Virus record (IMG/VR): IMGVR_UViG_3300009873_000004
Span: 19,827-83,826 of that record
Source of the DNA: a virus
Taxonomy: Duplodnaviria; Caudoviricetes
DNA length: 64,000 nucleotides
Strand: one strand, 5' to 3'
Made by a program: the position numbers and the translations under genes. Positions 26,608 to 34,200 of the stretch are shown here, in pieces (the first letter of the stretch is position 1; each line of letters opens with the position of its first letter). The notes beneath the pieces were generated by a model. It had not been told where the DNA came from, did no database searches, and saw only the letters and a program-made list of their open reading frames with translations.

Positions 26608-27244
26608 CTGCGCCGGGAGATCCGTTAGTAACGTGGCCTTTGACGGGAAATTCGTGGCTGCAATCAGGGCATCGGACAAGAATGGGTTTGCGCTCATGCT
26701 TCTTCCTGACGATCTCCGTGGGCCGCCCATCGTGGTCGCGCAGGCGGCGGCTATCCATATCGCTGCACTTGCGAGAGCAATACTTCTGCCCCGCCCAGGT
26801 GAAGATGCAGATCTTGGGGCAATCGGGCCGGGCGCACTTCTCACGGCGCAAGTTGGGAGCCACAATCTGCTCAAGATTGACTCGCCTGGTCCTCTCGATC
26901 GGGATCATGGGCACTTTGAAGGCCCGGTCGTCCGGCAGGCGCTGAAAGCCTTCAGCGTCCAGTTGCCGGATCATGTCCCGCAGGTTCTCGATGAAGTGCG
27001 GCCCCGGCTTCTCCCCCCGTTCAAAGCGGATGACCGACTGGCGCGAGTAGCCCGTCATCCGGGCCAGGCCCGCCTTGGAAATCAAGCCTGTGGACACCCG
27101 GTACTTTGTGACCCAGATCGGATCCACCGGATCGTCGTTGAGGATGTGCTCAATCGCCTCCCGATCCACATTTTCCCGGTAGATCTTGGTGGCGTTGGTC
27201 AAACGCTCCTCTGTTACATATTGAACGTCCCTGTAGCGTGGCAT
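26447..27244 (-). CDS. XRE-type HTH regulator with zinc fingers
   Basis: SKAGLARMTGYSRQSVIRFERG HTH; CARPDC...QKYCSRKC (CGNR-like); CPDC. Confidence 0.7.
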   Translation of the reverse strand: MPRYRDVQYVTEERLTNATKIYRENVDREAIEHILNDDPVDPIWVTKYRVSTGLISKAGLARMTGYSRQSVIRFERGEKPGPHFIENLRDMIRQLDAEGFQRLPDDRAFKVPMIPIERTRRVNLEQIVAPNLRREKCARPDCPKICIFTWAGQKYCSRKCSDMDSRRLRDHDGRPTEIVRKKHERKPILVRCPDCSHEFPVKGHVTNGSPGADGGRKYLRRPQGLRADDEPGQAQPEGAGVLPELLQDDPDGLQPAPEVQDGRGD

Positions 27245-27252
27245 CGCGTGCC

Positions 27253-27281
27253 ATTGTGTGACATTTTGGACTACGGGTCAA
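27253..27281 (-). promoter_or_regulatory. Sigma70-type promoter TTGACC-17-CACAAT (near-leaderless transcript)
   Basis: -10 ends 8 nt before ATG 27244; no SD. Confidence 0.6.
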
Positions 27282-27289
27282 GGGGGAAA

Positions 27290-27332
27290 GCAAAACGCCA
27301 GTCCTGGCTGGTAAGGTCGGCTGGCGTTTTGC
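27290..27332. terminator. Bidirectional intrinsic terminator
   Basis: GCAAAACGCCAG/CTGGCGTTTTGC 12-bp inverted repeat. Confidence 0.7.
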
Positions 27333-27522
27333 TGGAGCAGATTGGCGTCGGTTAGGACTATAACGGATAGCGTGTAGGAGAGTCAATGACGGGTTTGTAA
27401 TCCACAGGTTAACAACCCGTTACAAATGGACTGGCCCCTGAGTCGTCACTTGGATGTGCGCCCAGGGGCCAGTTGCCCACACGAAGATCCCGCAGCACCG
27501 CGAGACCGAAGGACGAAGGGGA

Positions 27523-27741
27523 TTATAGGCCTGGCGCGGGCAGGTTGTCAACGACGAAGACATCCCAATAAGCGACGACCTTCTCCAGTTCGGTGATGGC
27601 AACGGCGACGTGACGGCCGTAAGCGTTCCAGGCGGACAGGTCCTTGGCCTGATCGCGCAGGCTGGCGTGGACGTCGCGGTACTGGCGCATAGAGCCCAGC
27701 GTGGCGTACAGGGACTGGAGAATCGACTCGGGGTCATTCAT
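27523..27741 (-). CDS. Hypothetical protein (72 aa)
   Basis: GGAGGAG SD before ATG 27741. Confidence 0.6.
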   Translation of the reverse strand: MNDPESILQSLYATLGSMRQYRDVHASLRDQAKDLSAWNAYGRHVAVAITELEKVVAYWDVFVVDNLPAPGL

Positions 27742-27820
27742 TCTGGGAACTCCTCCTGGTGAAAGAGCAGACCCCAGCGCTGAGTGAGGGGGGCACTCAG
27801 AAGCCGGGGCTGCACGGCAG

Positions 27821-27849
27821 ATGGTAAGCCAGGGCAGGGGGATTGTCAA
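27821..27849 (-). promoter_or_regulatory. Sigma70-type promoter TTGACA-17-TACCAT
   Basis: Consensus -35 with optimal spacing. Confidence 0.7.
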
Positions 27850-27939
27850 GAGTCCATCCGCATGGCAGGTTGATGGCCCCAAGCCGGTGCGAACTCGTTG
27901 CGGATGGGTGGTGGGAGCTTGCGAGTTCCAAGCTCTAGA

Positions 27940-28062
27940 AGTATAGCAGAGCGCTGGGGCGGGTCTTTGAAGCAGCGACGGTATGGATCCTTACGTCGTT
28001 TCCGGTTATTTCAACCCGCAGCCTGAACCCCTCGCTTCGAAGGCGGATGGAGTATAGCAGAG
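27940..28062 (-). promoter_or_regulatory. Two tandem extended -10 elements (CTCTGCTATACT) at 27940 and 28051
   Basis: Identical 12-mers containing TGnTATACT. Confidence 0.5.
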
Positions 28063-28630
28063 ATCGGGGCAGGCGGATCTTCTCCCAGTGATCCCTTCGC
28101 CAGGTCGGGTGTCCGGAAGTCGCGGATGCTGTGGCTCGCTGACCGTGTGCCCTGGCACCTGCCCCTAATAGCTATTCGCCCGAGCGTCACAAAACCGGAA
28201 AGGGAGTGTATGATCAACCTGACACATCCGGTGCGCCAGGAGAAGTGGCTCCAAAGCGCTGGGCATCCCCAATCCGGACACGGAAGCCTGTCACCGTGAA
28301 TTCGGAGCCTGTCGAAAGATGGGCTCCTTTTCATTTGGGCAGGCAGCGTTATGTGAAGGTGGGGATTTTGGGGGGTTCAAGTTGTGCGAGGGACTACCTG
28401 GGCCTGCCTCGCTGCGAAGCTGGCGAGTGTGGCGCACATGGGGGGGGGTCTGTAATCGCGTCAGAATGGCCCACGTTCGTTTTGGCGTCTCTAGCTCCGC
28501 ACTACTGCGATTAGGCCCATCCTAGGCCCGCCTGACGCGATTGTGAGCATGTCTAGGCGACAGTCACAAGCCACCGTGCGGCCAAGTGTATTTGTGTCGC
28601 TTGACCGTGTGTTGTAGGATGTTTTTTGCC

Positions 28631-29090
28631 TGACCCATCGCGGGTTTGGCCTTGGCGTCATGCGCCATGGTTCCTTGATAATTCTGCTAGGGGTGGGGTC
28701 AGGCAAAGGTTTCGAGTCTGACCCCTGGCCGAATCGACGTTCGGTCACTGGCCCACTACGCGCATATCGCAAGCACGCGAACCTGACCCCGGTCAGGCAG
28801 AACCGACGGGAGTTTACATAAAGTGACCCCGTTCTAGATCAAGGTTCTCGTGCTTAGGTCAGATGGTAGGGATCATTCTGACCCCGTGGGGAATTGTGTT
28901 GTCAGCCAATAGCAGATGGAACCCGTTGTTCCTTACCAGTCGCATAGCTAGGTTAGTTAGGTGACCCACCCCTGGCCCATAGGCGCATAGGGACTAGCCC
29001 ACTAACCCATCTTGACGCTAGGTCAGACCCCGGAAGGGGTCATAGTCTAGGGGTCAGGGGTGGGTCACTTAACTACGCGGGGTCTGACCC
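28631..29090. repeat. Cluster of 11 TGACCC/GGGTCA motifs in both orientations forming several hairpins
   Basis: Copies at 28631, 28696, 28719, 28784, 28824, 28879, 28962, 29037, 29051, 29062, 29085. Confidence 0.85.
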
Positions 29091-29120
29091 ACCCCGCACT
29101 AATGCCCATAGGAGGCAAAC

Positions 29121-29726
29121 ATGGCACGGAATAGCAAAACGCATCGGTTTTTCGCGGAACCTCTGGAATCACTTCCGGAAGTGGTCACGTTCTTAAACAA
29201 GCACCACAAGTACGGAACCGGGGTTACCGCGACTAGCAAAGACGGCGCGAATGTCAGCCTGACCGCCAAAGGACAGATTGAGTTCGCGCAAGGAACCCGG
29301 CGCCTGACCTACAGCCTAACCATGGCGGGGCCGTTCGCCAAGCTTGGCGAATTGCCCAACACTCGGGGTCAGGCAGAATTTGACCGTAACGCGACGGTCA
29401 AGAACGTGGGTCAGGTAGAATTCCGGCTTGACTGGCCCGAAGTGGCTTATGGCCCGCGCATGATGCGCCAAGCGGAAAAGAACGGGTTTGACAAGTGGTA
29501 CGGTTCGGAGGTACTTCACTTCCGAAATGGCGAATTGACCGTCAAGTATTCCGCCGTCATCACCCCGGTCAAGGCCGATGTCATCATGGGGACCGATGAG
29601 AAATTGGTTTCCAAGCCACTTGACGACAAGGCCCGCCAGTACCAGAGGACGGAAGTGGTCGCCAAGGAACTGACCGAACCCAAACCCACCCCGAACGGCG
29701 CGACGGAACCCGAACCCACCAACTAA
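29121..29726 (+). CDS. First early gene, hypothetical (201 aa)
   Basis: GGAGG SD; atypical codon usage. Confidence 0.7.
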   Translation: MARNSKTHRFFAEPLESLPEVVTFLNKHHKYGTGVTATSKDGANVSLTAKGQIEFAQGTRRLTYSLTMAGPFAKLGELPNTRGQAEFDRNATVKNVGQVEFRLDWPEVAYGPRMMRQAEKNGFDKWYGSEVLHFRNGELTVKYSAVITPVKADVIMGTDEKLVSKPLDDKARQYQRTEVVAKELTEPKPTPNGATEPEPTN

Positions 29727-29745
29727 CCTAGTATGCGACTGGCCC

Positions 29746-29781
29746 AAACTGGCCCACCCCGTTCGGGGTGGGCCAGTTTTG
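29746..29781 (+). terminator. Intrinsic terminator T0
   Basis: AAACTGGCCCACCCC-gttc-GGGGTGGGCCAGTTT 15-bp stem then TTG. Confidence 0.8.
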
Positions 29782-29821
29782 ATTCCCCACCCCACCCCAT
29801 AACCGCATAGGAGGCTGACCC

Positions 29822-30256
29822 ATGGCCCACCCCGCCTATAACGATGACTGGCGGAACCATGGCGCTAGGCCCGCGCATAGCAAGCCGGTTGACCCACCCC
29901 ACCCATGGGAAAAGAATGGGTGGCGCGAGTCTGACTGGGAAGAATTGCGGGCTATCCGCGCCGACGACAAACGCCACAAAACCGAAGAACTGGCGCAATC
30001 CGCTATTGACCGCGCCGAAAAACGCGAAAAGGAATTGATCCGCATCGCCAGACGCGGGCTATCCGACAATGATCGCCTGTATACCTACGCGGAATTGATC
30101 GCTAGTCTACGCTCTAACCGAGAGCAACTTATCTGGGAATTGAATATCGCCCGAACCGCAAACGTCCTTAGCAAGCGGATTCCCGATCCGGAACCCTGGA
30201 AGACCGTCGAATTCCTGGCGCATCTGCTACTGACCCTATCCGACAAGCAAATCTAA
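29822..30256 (+). CDS. Hypothetical protein (144 aa, helical)
   Basis: GGAGG SD; followed by terminator. Confidence 0.65.
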   Translation: MAHPAYNDDWRNHGARPAHSKPVDPPHPWEKNGWRESDWEELRAIRADDKRHKTEELAQSAIDRAEKREKELIRIARRGLSDNDRLYTYAELIASLRSNREQLIWELNIARTANVLSKRIPDPEPWKTVEFLAHLLLTLSDKQI

Positions 30257-30271
30257 TCCGCACTGCAAACG

Positions 30272-30300
30272 AGGGCCGCAAGGCCCTTTTTTGCGTTAAG
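30272..30300 (+). terminator. Terminator T1 plus conserved junction motif
   Basis: AGGGCC-GCAA-GGCCCT, T-run, GCGTTAAG. Confidence 0.8.
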
Positions 30301-30337
30301 CAACCGGCGTTTTCTATCCGCGCACTGGAGGTGCAAT

Positions 30338-30499
30338 ATGCTTATTCTCGCAGTATCCGCCGTCACCCTGCTTATTTGGTGGCGCATCAACTGTTGGCGC
30401 GAAGATCAGCGCCAAAAGCAGTATCCGCGCATCCGCGCCAATACCGTCCTGGACTGGCGCTATCCGCGCCAGAACTCCGACCAGGGATCTATGTGGTAG
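30338..30499 (+). CDS. 53-aa membrane peptide
   Basis: GGAGG SD; N-terminal hydrophobic helix MLILAVSAVTLLIWW. Confidence 0.55.
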   Translation: MLILAVSAVTLLIWWRINCWREDQRQKQYPRIRANTVLDWRYPRQNSDQGSMW

Positions 30500-30513
30500 T
30501 TCCAAATCTGGAA
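30500..30513. promoter_or_regulatory. Palindromic site TTCCAAATCTGGAA
   Basis: Intergenic, directly after a stop codon. Confidence 0.55.
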
Positions 30514-30524
30514 CTATCCGCGTT

Positions 30525-30573
30525 GGGGCAGGGAAGGGCGATTGTGCCTCTCCCTGCCCCTTTTTTGTTTAAG
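30525..30573 (+). terminator. Terminator T2 plus junction motif
   Basis: GGGGCAGGGA/TCCCTGCCCC, T6, GTTTAAG. Confidence 0.8.
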
Positions 30574-30610
30574 TAACCGGCACTATCCGCGCACAGAAAA
30601 GGAGATCAAC

Positions 30611-30799
30611 ATGGGCATTGATCGGGCATTCGCGGTTGTCATTTCCTGGGAGAACGGCGCTTCAACCGTATTCGGCCAGGACAACGACTCCAGCGGCGAG
30701 GGGCACTACGCTGCCGTTTACGCACCGGACGGCATTATCCGCTGGCCGATGTACGACACCGGCTGCGATCCGACCGAAGTCACCGAACTCGACTTCTAG
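30611..30799 (+). CDS. Hypothetical protein (62 aa)
   Basis: AAGGAG SD. Confidence 0.6.
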   Translation: MGIDRAFAVVISWENGASTVFGQDNDSSGEGHYAAVYAPDGIIRWPMYDTGCDPTEVTELDF

Positions 30800-30816
30800 G
30801 CCCTATCCCGGCCGCT

Positions 30817-30854
30817 AAAACGGGCTGCATCGCGCAGCCCGTTTTGCATTTAAG
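30817..30854 (+). terminator. Terminator T3 plus junction motif
   Basis: AAAACGGGCTGC/GCAGCCCGTTTT then GCATTTAAG. Confidence 0.8.
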
Positions 30855-30881
30855 TAACCCGCGTTTTATCAGCACAAGTAG

Positions 30882-31256
30882 TATCCGCGCCGCACCCAGC
30901 TTCCCAGAAAGGAGATGCGCCCATTAAATTTATCCCGGTAGGGTGAACTACCTGAGGGCTTGCACTTCAGGCCACAATCGCATATCGCACTAGAAGATCC
31001 CTTACAAGGGACTCGGGACTGCGCTTTCTCTATAGGCTGTGCCCGTAAACAATTCGCGCATCTCAGACGCGATTCACAATCAAGTATCTGGACCCGGAAG
31101 GTATGGCCGAAGCAGACTGTCACCGGGTAATGAAATCAGCTTGCTTACGGGGCGTCCTGGGCCTGTATGACGGCAGGCAGGCGTCAACACCCATCTATCC
31201 CGTCATTAGGTAGCCTGTTGGACGTGAGGGTCCCAGCCCTGCCAGGCTATCGAAGC
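30882..31256 (+). ncRNA. Candidate structured non-coding RNA (unassigned)
   Basis: Cassette between T3 and T4 without a credible ORF; lower GC; several hairpins. Confidence 0.3.
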
Positions 31257-31297
31257 AAAACAGCCCGCCCTGGGAGGCGGGCTGTTTTGCATTTAAG
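31257..31297 (+). terminator. Terminator T4 plus junction motif
   Basis: AAAACAGCCCGCC/GGCGGGCTGTTTT then GCATTTAAG. Confidence 0.8.
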
Positions 31298-31305
31298 ACA
31301 CCCGC

Positions 31306-31435
31306 TATCCGGGAAGCGATCGGACTCCCGGAACACGACTCGCCACAGGCAGGTGGATCCCTGGAAAGATCTCTCGCCGAGTCGCGTTGCCGACTGCCCG
31401 CCCACTCACCCTCTCAACCCCATCCGCAGCACCCT
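31306..31435 (+). ncRNA. Candidate small structured RNA (unassigned)
   Basis: ORF-less cassette between T4 and T5; stems TCCGGGA/TCCCGGA and CGACTCG/CGAGTCG. Confidence 0.3.
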
Positions 31436-31470
31436 GGCCGGATCTCTGTGTCCGGCCTTTTTGTTTTAAG
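31436..31470 (+). terminator. Terminator T5 plus junction motif
   Basis: GGCCGGA/TCCGGCC, T5, GTTTTAAG. Confidence 0.75.
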
Positions 31471-31496
31471 TAACTCGCTATCCCGGAAAGGAGATT

Positions 31497-31601
31497 ATGG
31501 ACGAGGACATCCGCTACCTCATTGGGCAGACCCGCACCCGCTATCTGCGGATCATTCTATTCGTGGCCCTGGTCCTGGCGACCAAGGTCGCGGGAGGCTA
31601 A
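31497..31601 (+). CDS. 34-aa membrane peptide
   Basis: AAGGAG SD; hydrophobic C-terminus. Confidence 0.55.
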   Translation: MDEDIRYLIGQTRTRYLRIILFVALVLATKVAGG

Positions 31602-31603
31602 CC

Positions 31604-31891
31604 ATGAATTGTGACAAGTGCGGCCATCCGGTCGCCCAGCACGAGGACGCAACCTGGCTGGACGCGATCGCGAATGACAATCCCATCGTCATCCTGTTCA
31701 ATCAGGCACGGCATATTCGCTGCTCGCCCTCGCGAGCCCAATTCATCGTCCATCCGGCTTTCGAGCCTGTTGTCGATGATCGTCCTGAATACGACAAGCG
31801 CCTGCTCGCCTCGAAGGATGCCCATCACCTGGAAATGCACTGCACCCAGGCCTGGGTGCAGCTTCAGCACCATTGCGGCATGGAGGTGTAG
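31604..31891 (+). CDS. Hypothetical Cys/His-rich protein
   Basis: GGAGG SD; CDKCGH...H motif. Confidence 0.6.
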   Translation: MNCDKCGHPVAQHEDATWLDAIANDNPIVILFNQARHIRCSPSRAQFIVHPAFEPVVDDRPEYDKRLLASKDAHHLEMHCTQAWVQLQHHCGMEV

Positions 31892-31893
31892 CC

Positions 31894-32097
31894 ATGTTCC
31901 AACTCTACAACCGAGAAGCCGAAGGCGTTCCGCCAGGGACGGACCTGACTCCTTTCCTGGTCTGGGAAGGCGACTACGACGCTATGATGGCCTATCTGCG
32001 CCAGGCGGGCGATCCCACCGGCGCAACCTTCGTGATCGCCTACACGCCCGCCCTGCTGTGGCGGGTGCTGTATCAGCCCGAGCAGTTGTTCGTCTAA
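31894..32097 (+). CDS. Hypothetical protein
   Basis: GGAGG SD. Confidence 0.6.
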   Translation: MFQLYNREAEGVPPGTDLTPFLVWEGDYDAMMAYLRQAGDPTGATFVIAYTPALLWRVLYQPEQLFV

Positions 32098-32110
32098 GAA
32101 CAGGAGACCC

Positions 32111-32305
32111 ATGACCACCAAAACCAGAGGCAAGCTATCCCGCACCCGGCGCAAGATCGGCGCGTTGGAGCGCCAGATCACCTTCGATACCGCCCGCCTG
32201 GCAGAGGCCAATGCCCGGCCCGACCAGTACTGGGATCGCATTCAGACGCTCAACAAGCGCCTGGAGCGCAACATCCAGGCCCTGAAGAAGATCAACGCCA
32301 TCTGA
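32111..32305 (+). CDS. Small basic coiled-coil protein
   Basis: AGGAG SD. Confidence 0.6.
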   Translation: MTTKTRGKLSRTRRKIGALERQITFDTARLAEANARPDQYWDRIQTLNKRLERNIQALKKINAI

Positions 32306-32317
32306 TCCGTTCGTCCC

Positions 32318-32361
32318 AAAAACGGGCTGGGCCTTGTGTCCCAGCCCGTTTTTGCTTTAAG
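32318..32361 (+). terminator. Terminator T6 plus junction motif
   Basis: AAAAACGGGCTGGG/CCCAGCCCGTTTTT then GCTTTAAG. Confidence 0.8.
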
Positions 32362-32416
32362 CTGACGCCACCACCCAAAGTATCTGTTGGCGTCAATTAC
32401 ATATCGGGAGGCCACC

Positions 32417-32548
32417 ATGCCCACTCGGGAAGATTGGATCATTCTCTTCGAGATGATCCTGGCACTCGGCCTGACCCTGGCCTGCGTGTTGGGGATCAGT
32501 GCCGCCTATCTGGCCTGCCACCAGTGGATGCCCGCCCTGTGCGGGTAA
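32417..32548 (+). CDS. 43-aa membrane peptide
   Basis: GGAGG SD; single TM helix. Confidence 0.55.
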   Translation: MPTREDWIILFEMILALGLTLACVLGISAAYLACHQWMPALCG

Positions 32549-32560
32549 GGGAGAATGCCC

Positions 32561-32680
32561 ATGGAAAAAGATAGCTACGAACGCTTTGTAATTCACCTGT
32601 GCATTGGCATTGGCACGCTGGCCTTTTCGGGCATGCTCTACGCCCTGGGCCAGGTCATCGCTATTCTGAAGGGAGGCTAA
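32561..32680 (+). CDS. 39-aa membrane peptide
   Basis: GGAG SD; single TM helix. Confidence 0.55.
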   Translation: MEKDSYERFVIHLCIGIGTLAFSGMLYALGQVIAILKGG

Positions 32681-32681
32681 C

Positions 32682-32870
32682 GTGGAAGAAAAGACTGTTT
32701 CGTTCGTATTCCGGGGCAGCCCGGAAGCCCTGGAGCGCCTGCACGATCGCATTATTGGCGCGACCAACATCATCGAAAACCTGCATGGCCTGAAGATCGA
32801 AATGGTCGGGCCGTTCGACGAGGAGACGGAAGATGGGCCGCAAACCCCCGAATCCGAAGAACGGCGCTGA
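32682..32870 (+). CDS. Hypothetical protein
   Basis: GGAGG SD before GTG. Confidence 0.55.
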   Translation: MEEKTVSFVFRGSPEALERLHDRIIGATNIIENLHGLKIEMVGPFDEETEDGPQTPESEERR

Positions 32871-33072
32871 GACTATCCGCTATGCTGAGCACCACCCCGA
32901 CTTGCGCTCCATGCGCTGCGAGGGCGACCACTTCACCTTCGAAGGCCCTGACGGCCGCATGACGGCTACCAATTCCAAGTGGGAGTATCCGGGCTGGCTG
33001 CGCAAGAAAGTCGTCCGCCAGTTGATCGCGATCGGTCTGGGAGTCCTGGCCGTGTTGTGGATGCTGCCATGA
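32833..33072 (+). CDS. HicA-like (dsRBD-fold) protein with hydrophobic C-terminal tail
   Basis: R..GDH..F....G......EYPGWLRKKVVRQL resembles the HicA pattern. Confidence 0.4.
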   Translation: MGRKPPNPKNGAETIRYAEHHPDLRSMRCEGDHFTFEGPDGRMTATNSKWEYPGWLRKKVVRQLIAIGLGVLAVLWMLP

Positions 33073-33197
33073 GCCTGCACAAGCAATTGGAACCACTGAA
33101 CGATCCGGAGGCGCTGCCCGAGCAGGGCTGCTGCCTCGTCTGGTTCGTGATCATAATGGCGCTGGTCGCGCTGCTGGCCCGCGCCCTGGGCTACTAG
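33069..33197 (+). CDS. 42-aa membrane peptide
   Basis: ATGA coupling; C-terminal TM helix. Confidence 0.55.
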   Translation: MSLHKQLEPLNDPEALPEQGCCLVWFVIIMALVALLARALGY

Positions 33198-33198
33198 C

Positions 33199-33453
33199 AT
33201 GTTCCCCATTCCTCATCCGCCCGGCAGCGCCCTGGAATACGGTCAGGTGCTGGAGCGCGTCTTATCCGGCTGGGTGCTATTCGGACCCGACACCGAGTTC
33301 CACCGCTCCGAACATGGCACCGACTTGCACGTTGTCGTTTATTCGCTCAGGCTGCATGTGGCTTGCCACGAAGCGGTGCTCTTCATGCACCTGGACCAGT
33401 GGCAGGCCATGGGCGTGGATCCACAACTGGTCTGGAAGCGTTCCTGGAAATAG
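33199..33453 (+). CDS. Hypothetical protein
   Basis: Co-oriented, tightly packed ORF. Confidence 0.55.
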   Translation: MFPIPHPPGSALEYGQVLERVLSGWVLFGPDTEFHRSEHGTDLHVVVYSLRLHVACHEAVLFMHLDQWQAMGVDPQLVWKRSWK

Positions 33454-33464
33454 ATCTCCAACTC

Positions 33465-33505
33465 AAACGGCCCTCCAAGATGCGGAGGGCCGTTTTTGTT
33501 TTAAG
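33465..33505 (+). terminator. Terminator T7 plus junction motif
   Basis: AAACGGCCCTCC/GGAGGGCCGTTT then TTGTTTTAAG. Confidence 0.8.
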
Positions 33506-33539
33506 CAACAGAAGTCTCTATCCGCACAGGAGAAAACCC

Positions 33540-33623
33540 ATGCTAATCTTCTTCATTGGCCTGATCGTCGCCGTGGCTGCGGGCTATCTGGTCTTCAGCC
33601 TGACCCATTCGGAGATCCCATGA
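33540..33623 (+). CDS. 27-aa membrane peptide
   Basis: AGGAG SD; MLIFFIGLIVAVAAGYLVF. Confidence 0.5.
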   Translation: MLIFFIGLIVAVAAGYLVFSLTHSEIP

Positions 33624-33790
33624 GCATGTTTGGCGACGGACCCAAGCAACAATTGTACGAAGCGATCCGCTACAACGGACCCGACTGGCGCGATCTGACC
33701 CTGGCCCAGTTCCTGGTGATGGTCCTGGACGTTGTCCGCGCCATCGTCGAGTACCACCAATCCGACTTTTTCCCGGAGAGCCAGCCATGA
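33620..33790 (+). CDS. Hypothetical protein
   Basis: ATGA-coupled. Confidence 0.55.
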   Translation: MSMFGDGPKQQLYEAIRYNGPDWRDLTLAQFLVMVLDVVRAIVEYHQSDFFPESQP

Positions 33791-34200
33791 CCGACCTGAA
33801 GAACTATCAGCCCAAGCACACTGAAGAGCGGCGCGAGTGGGTTCGCGCCTTCTGGAACAGCCCGCATTGCGGCTTCTCATTCCCCGTCGACCAGGACGGC
33901 AACTATCTGGGAGCGCCGCGTGGCACGGCCTGGGAGAACTATCAGGACTGCCTGGCCGGCAAGCATCCCAGCCTGATCGACCAGGGCGTTATCGAGAACG
34001 TCTGGTACGCCCAGATCCCGGCCAGTGGTACCTGCCGGTGTGGGCGCTTTGTCTGGCTCAACGATGCCCTCTGGAACGCCTGCGACTGCGGGCGCTACTA
34101 CAACCTATCCGGCCAGGAAGTACAGGCTCCGCATTCCGGGCCTTACGAGACCGGCGAGATGCTCAGCGACATCTATCTGGGAAAGGATGAGGATTACTGA
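33787..34200 (+). CDS. Hypothetical Cys-containing protein
   Basis: ATGA-coupled; CRCG...CDCG. Confidence 0.6.
   Translation: MTDLKNYQPKHTEERREWVRAFWNSPHCGFSFPVDQDGNYLGAPRGTAWENYQDCLAGKHPSLIDQGVIENVWYAQIPASGTCRCGRFVWLNDALWNACDCGRYYNLSGQEVQAPHSGPYETGEMLSDIYLGKDEDY

Noticed and set aside
28007-28040. Solitary CRISPR repeat (ATTTCAACCCGC...)
   Set aside because: Only the first 7-8 nt resemble a repeat end; there is no internal palindrome of the expected form
28695-28725. tRNA (GGTTTCGAGTC resembles a T-loop)
   Set aside because: It is a simple hairpin made of the TGACCC repeats, with no cloverleaf, D arm or anticodon arm
29785-29835. G-quadruplex on the minus strand (GGGGTGGGGTGGGG)
   Set aside because: Only three closely spaced G-runs; better explained as part of the CCCACCCC motif family
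30942-30962. HEARO/omegaRNA-like start (GTGAACTACC...GGGCTTG)
   Set aside because: The resemblance does not extend further, and there is no IscB/TnpB/HNH gene next to it; kept only as an unassigned ncRNA candidate
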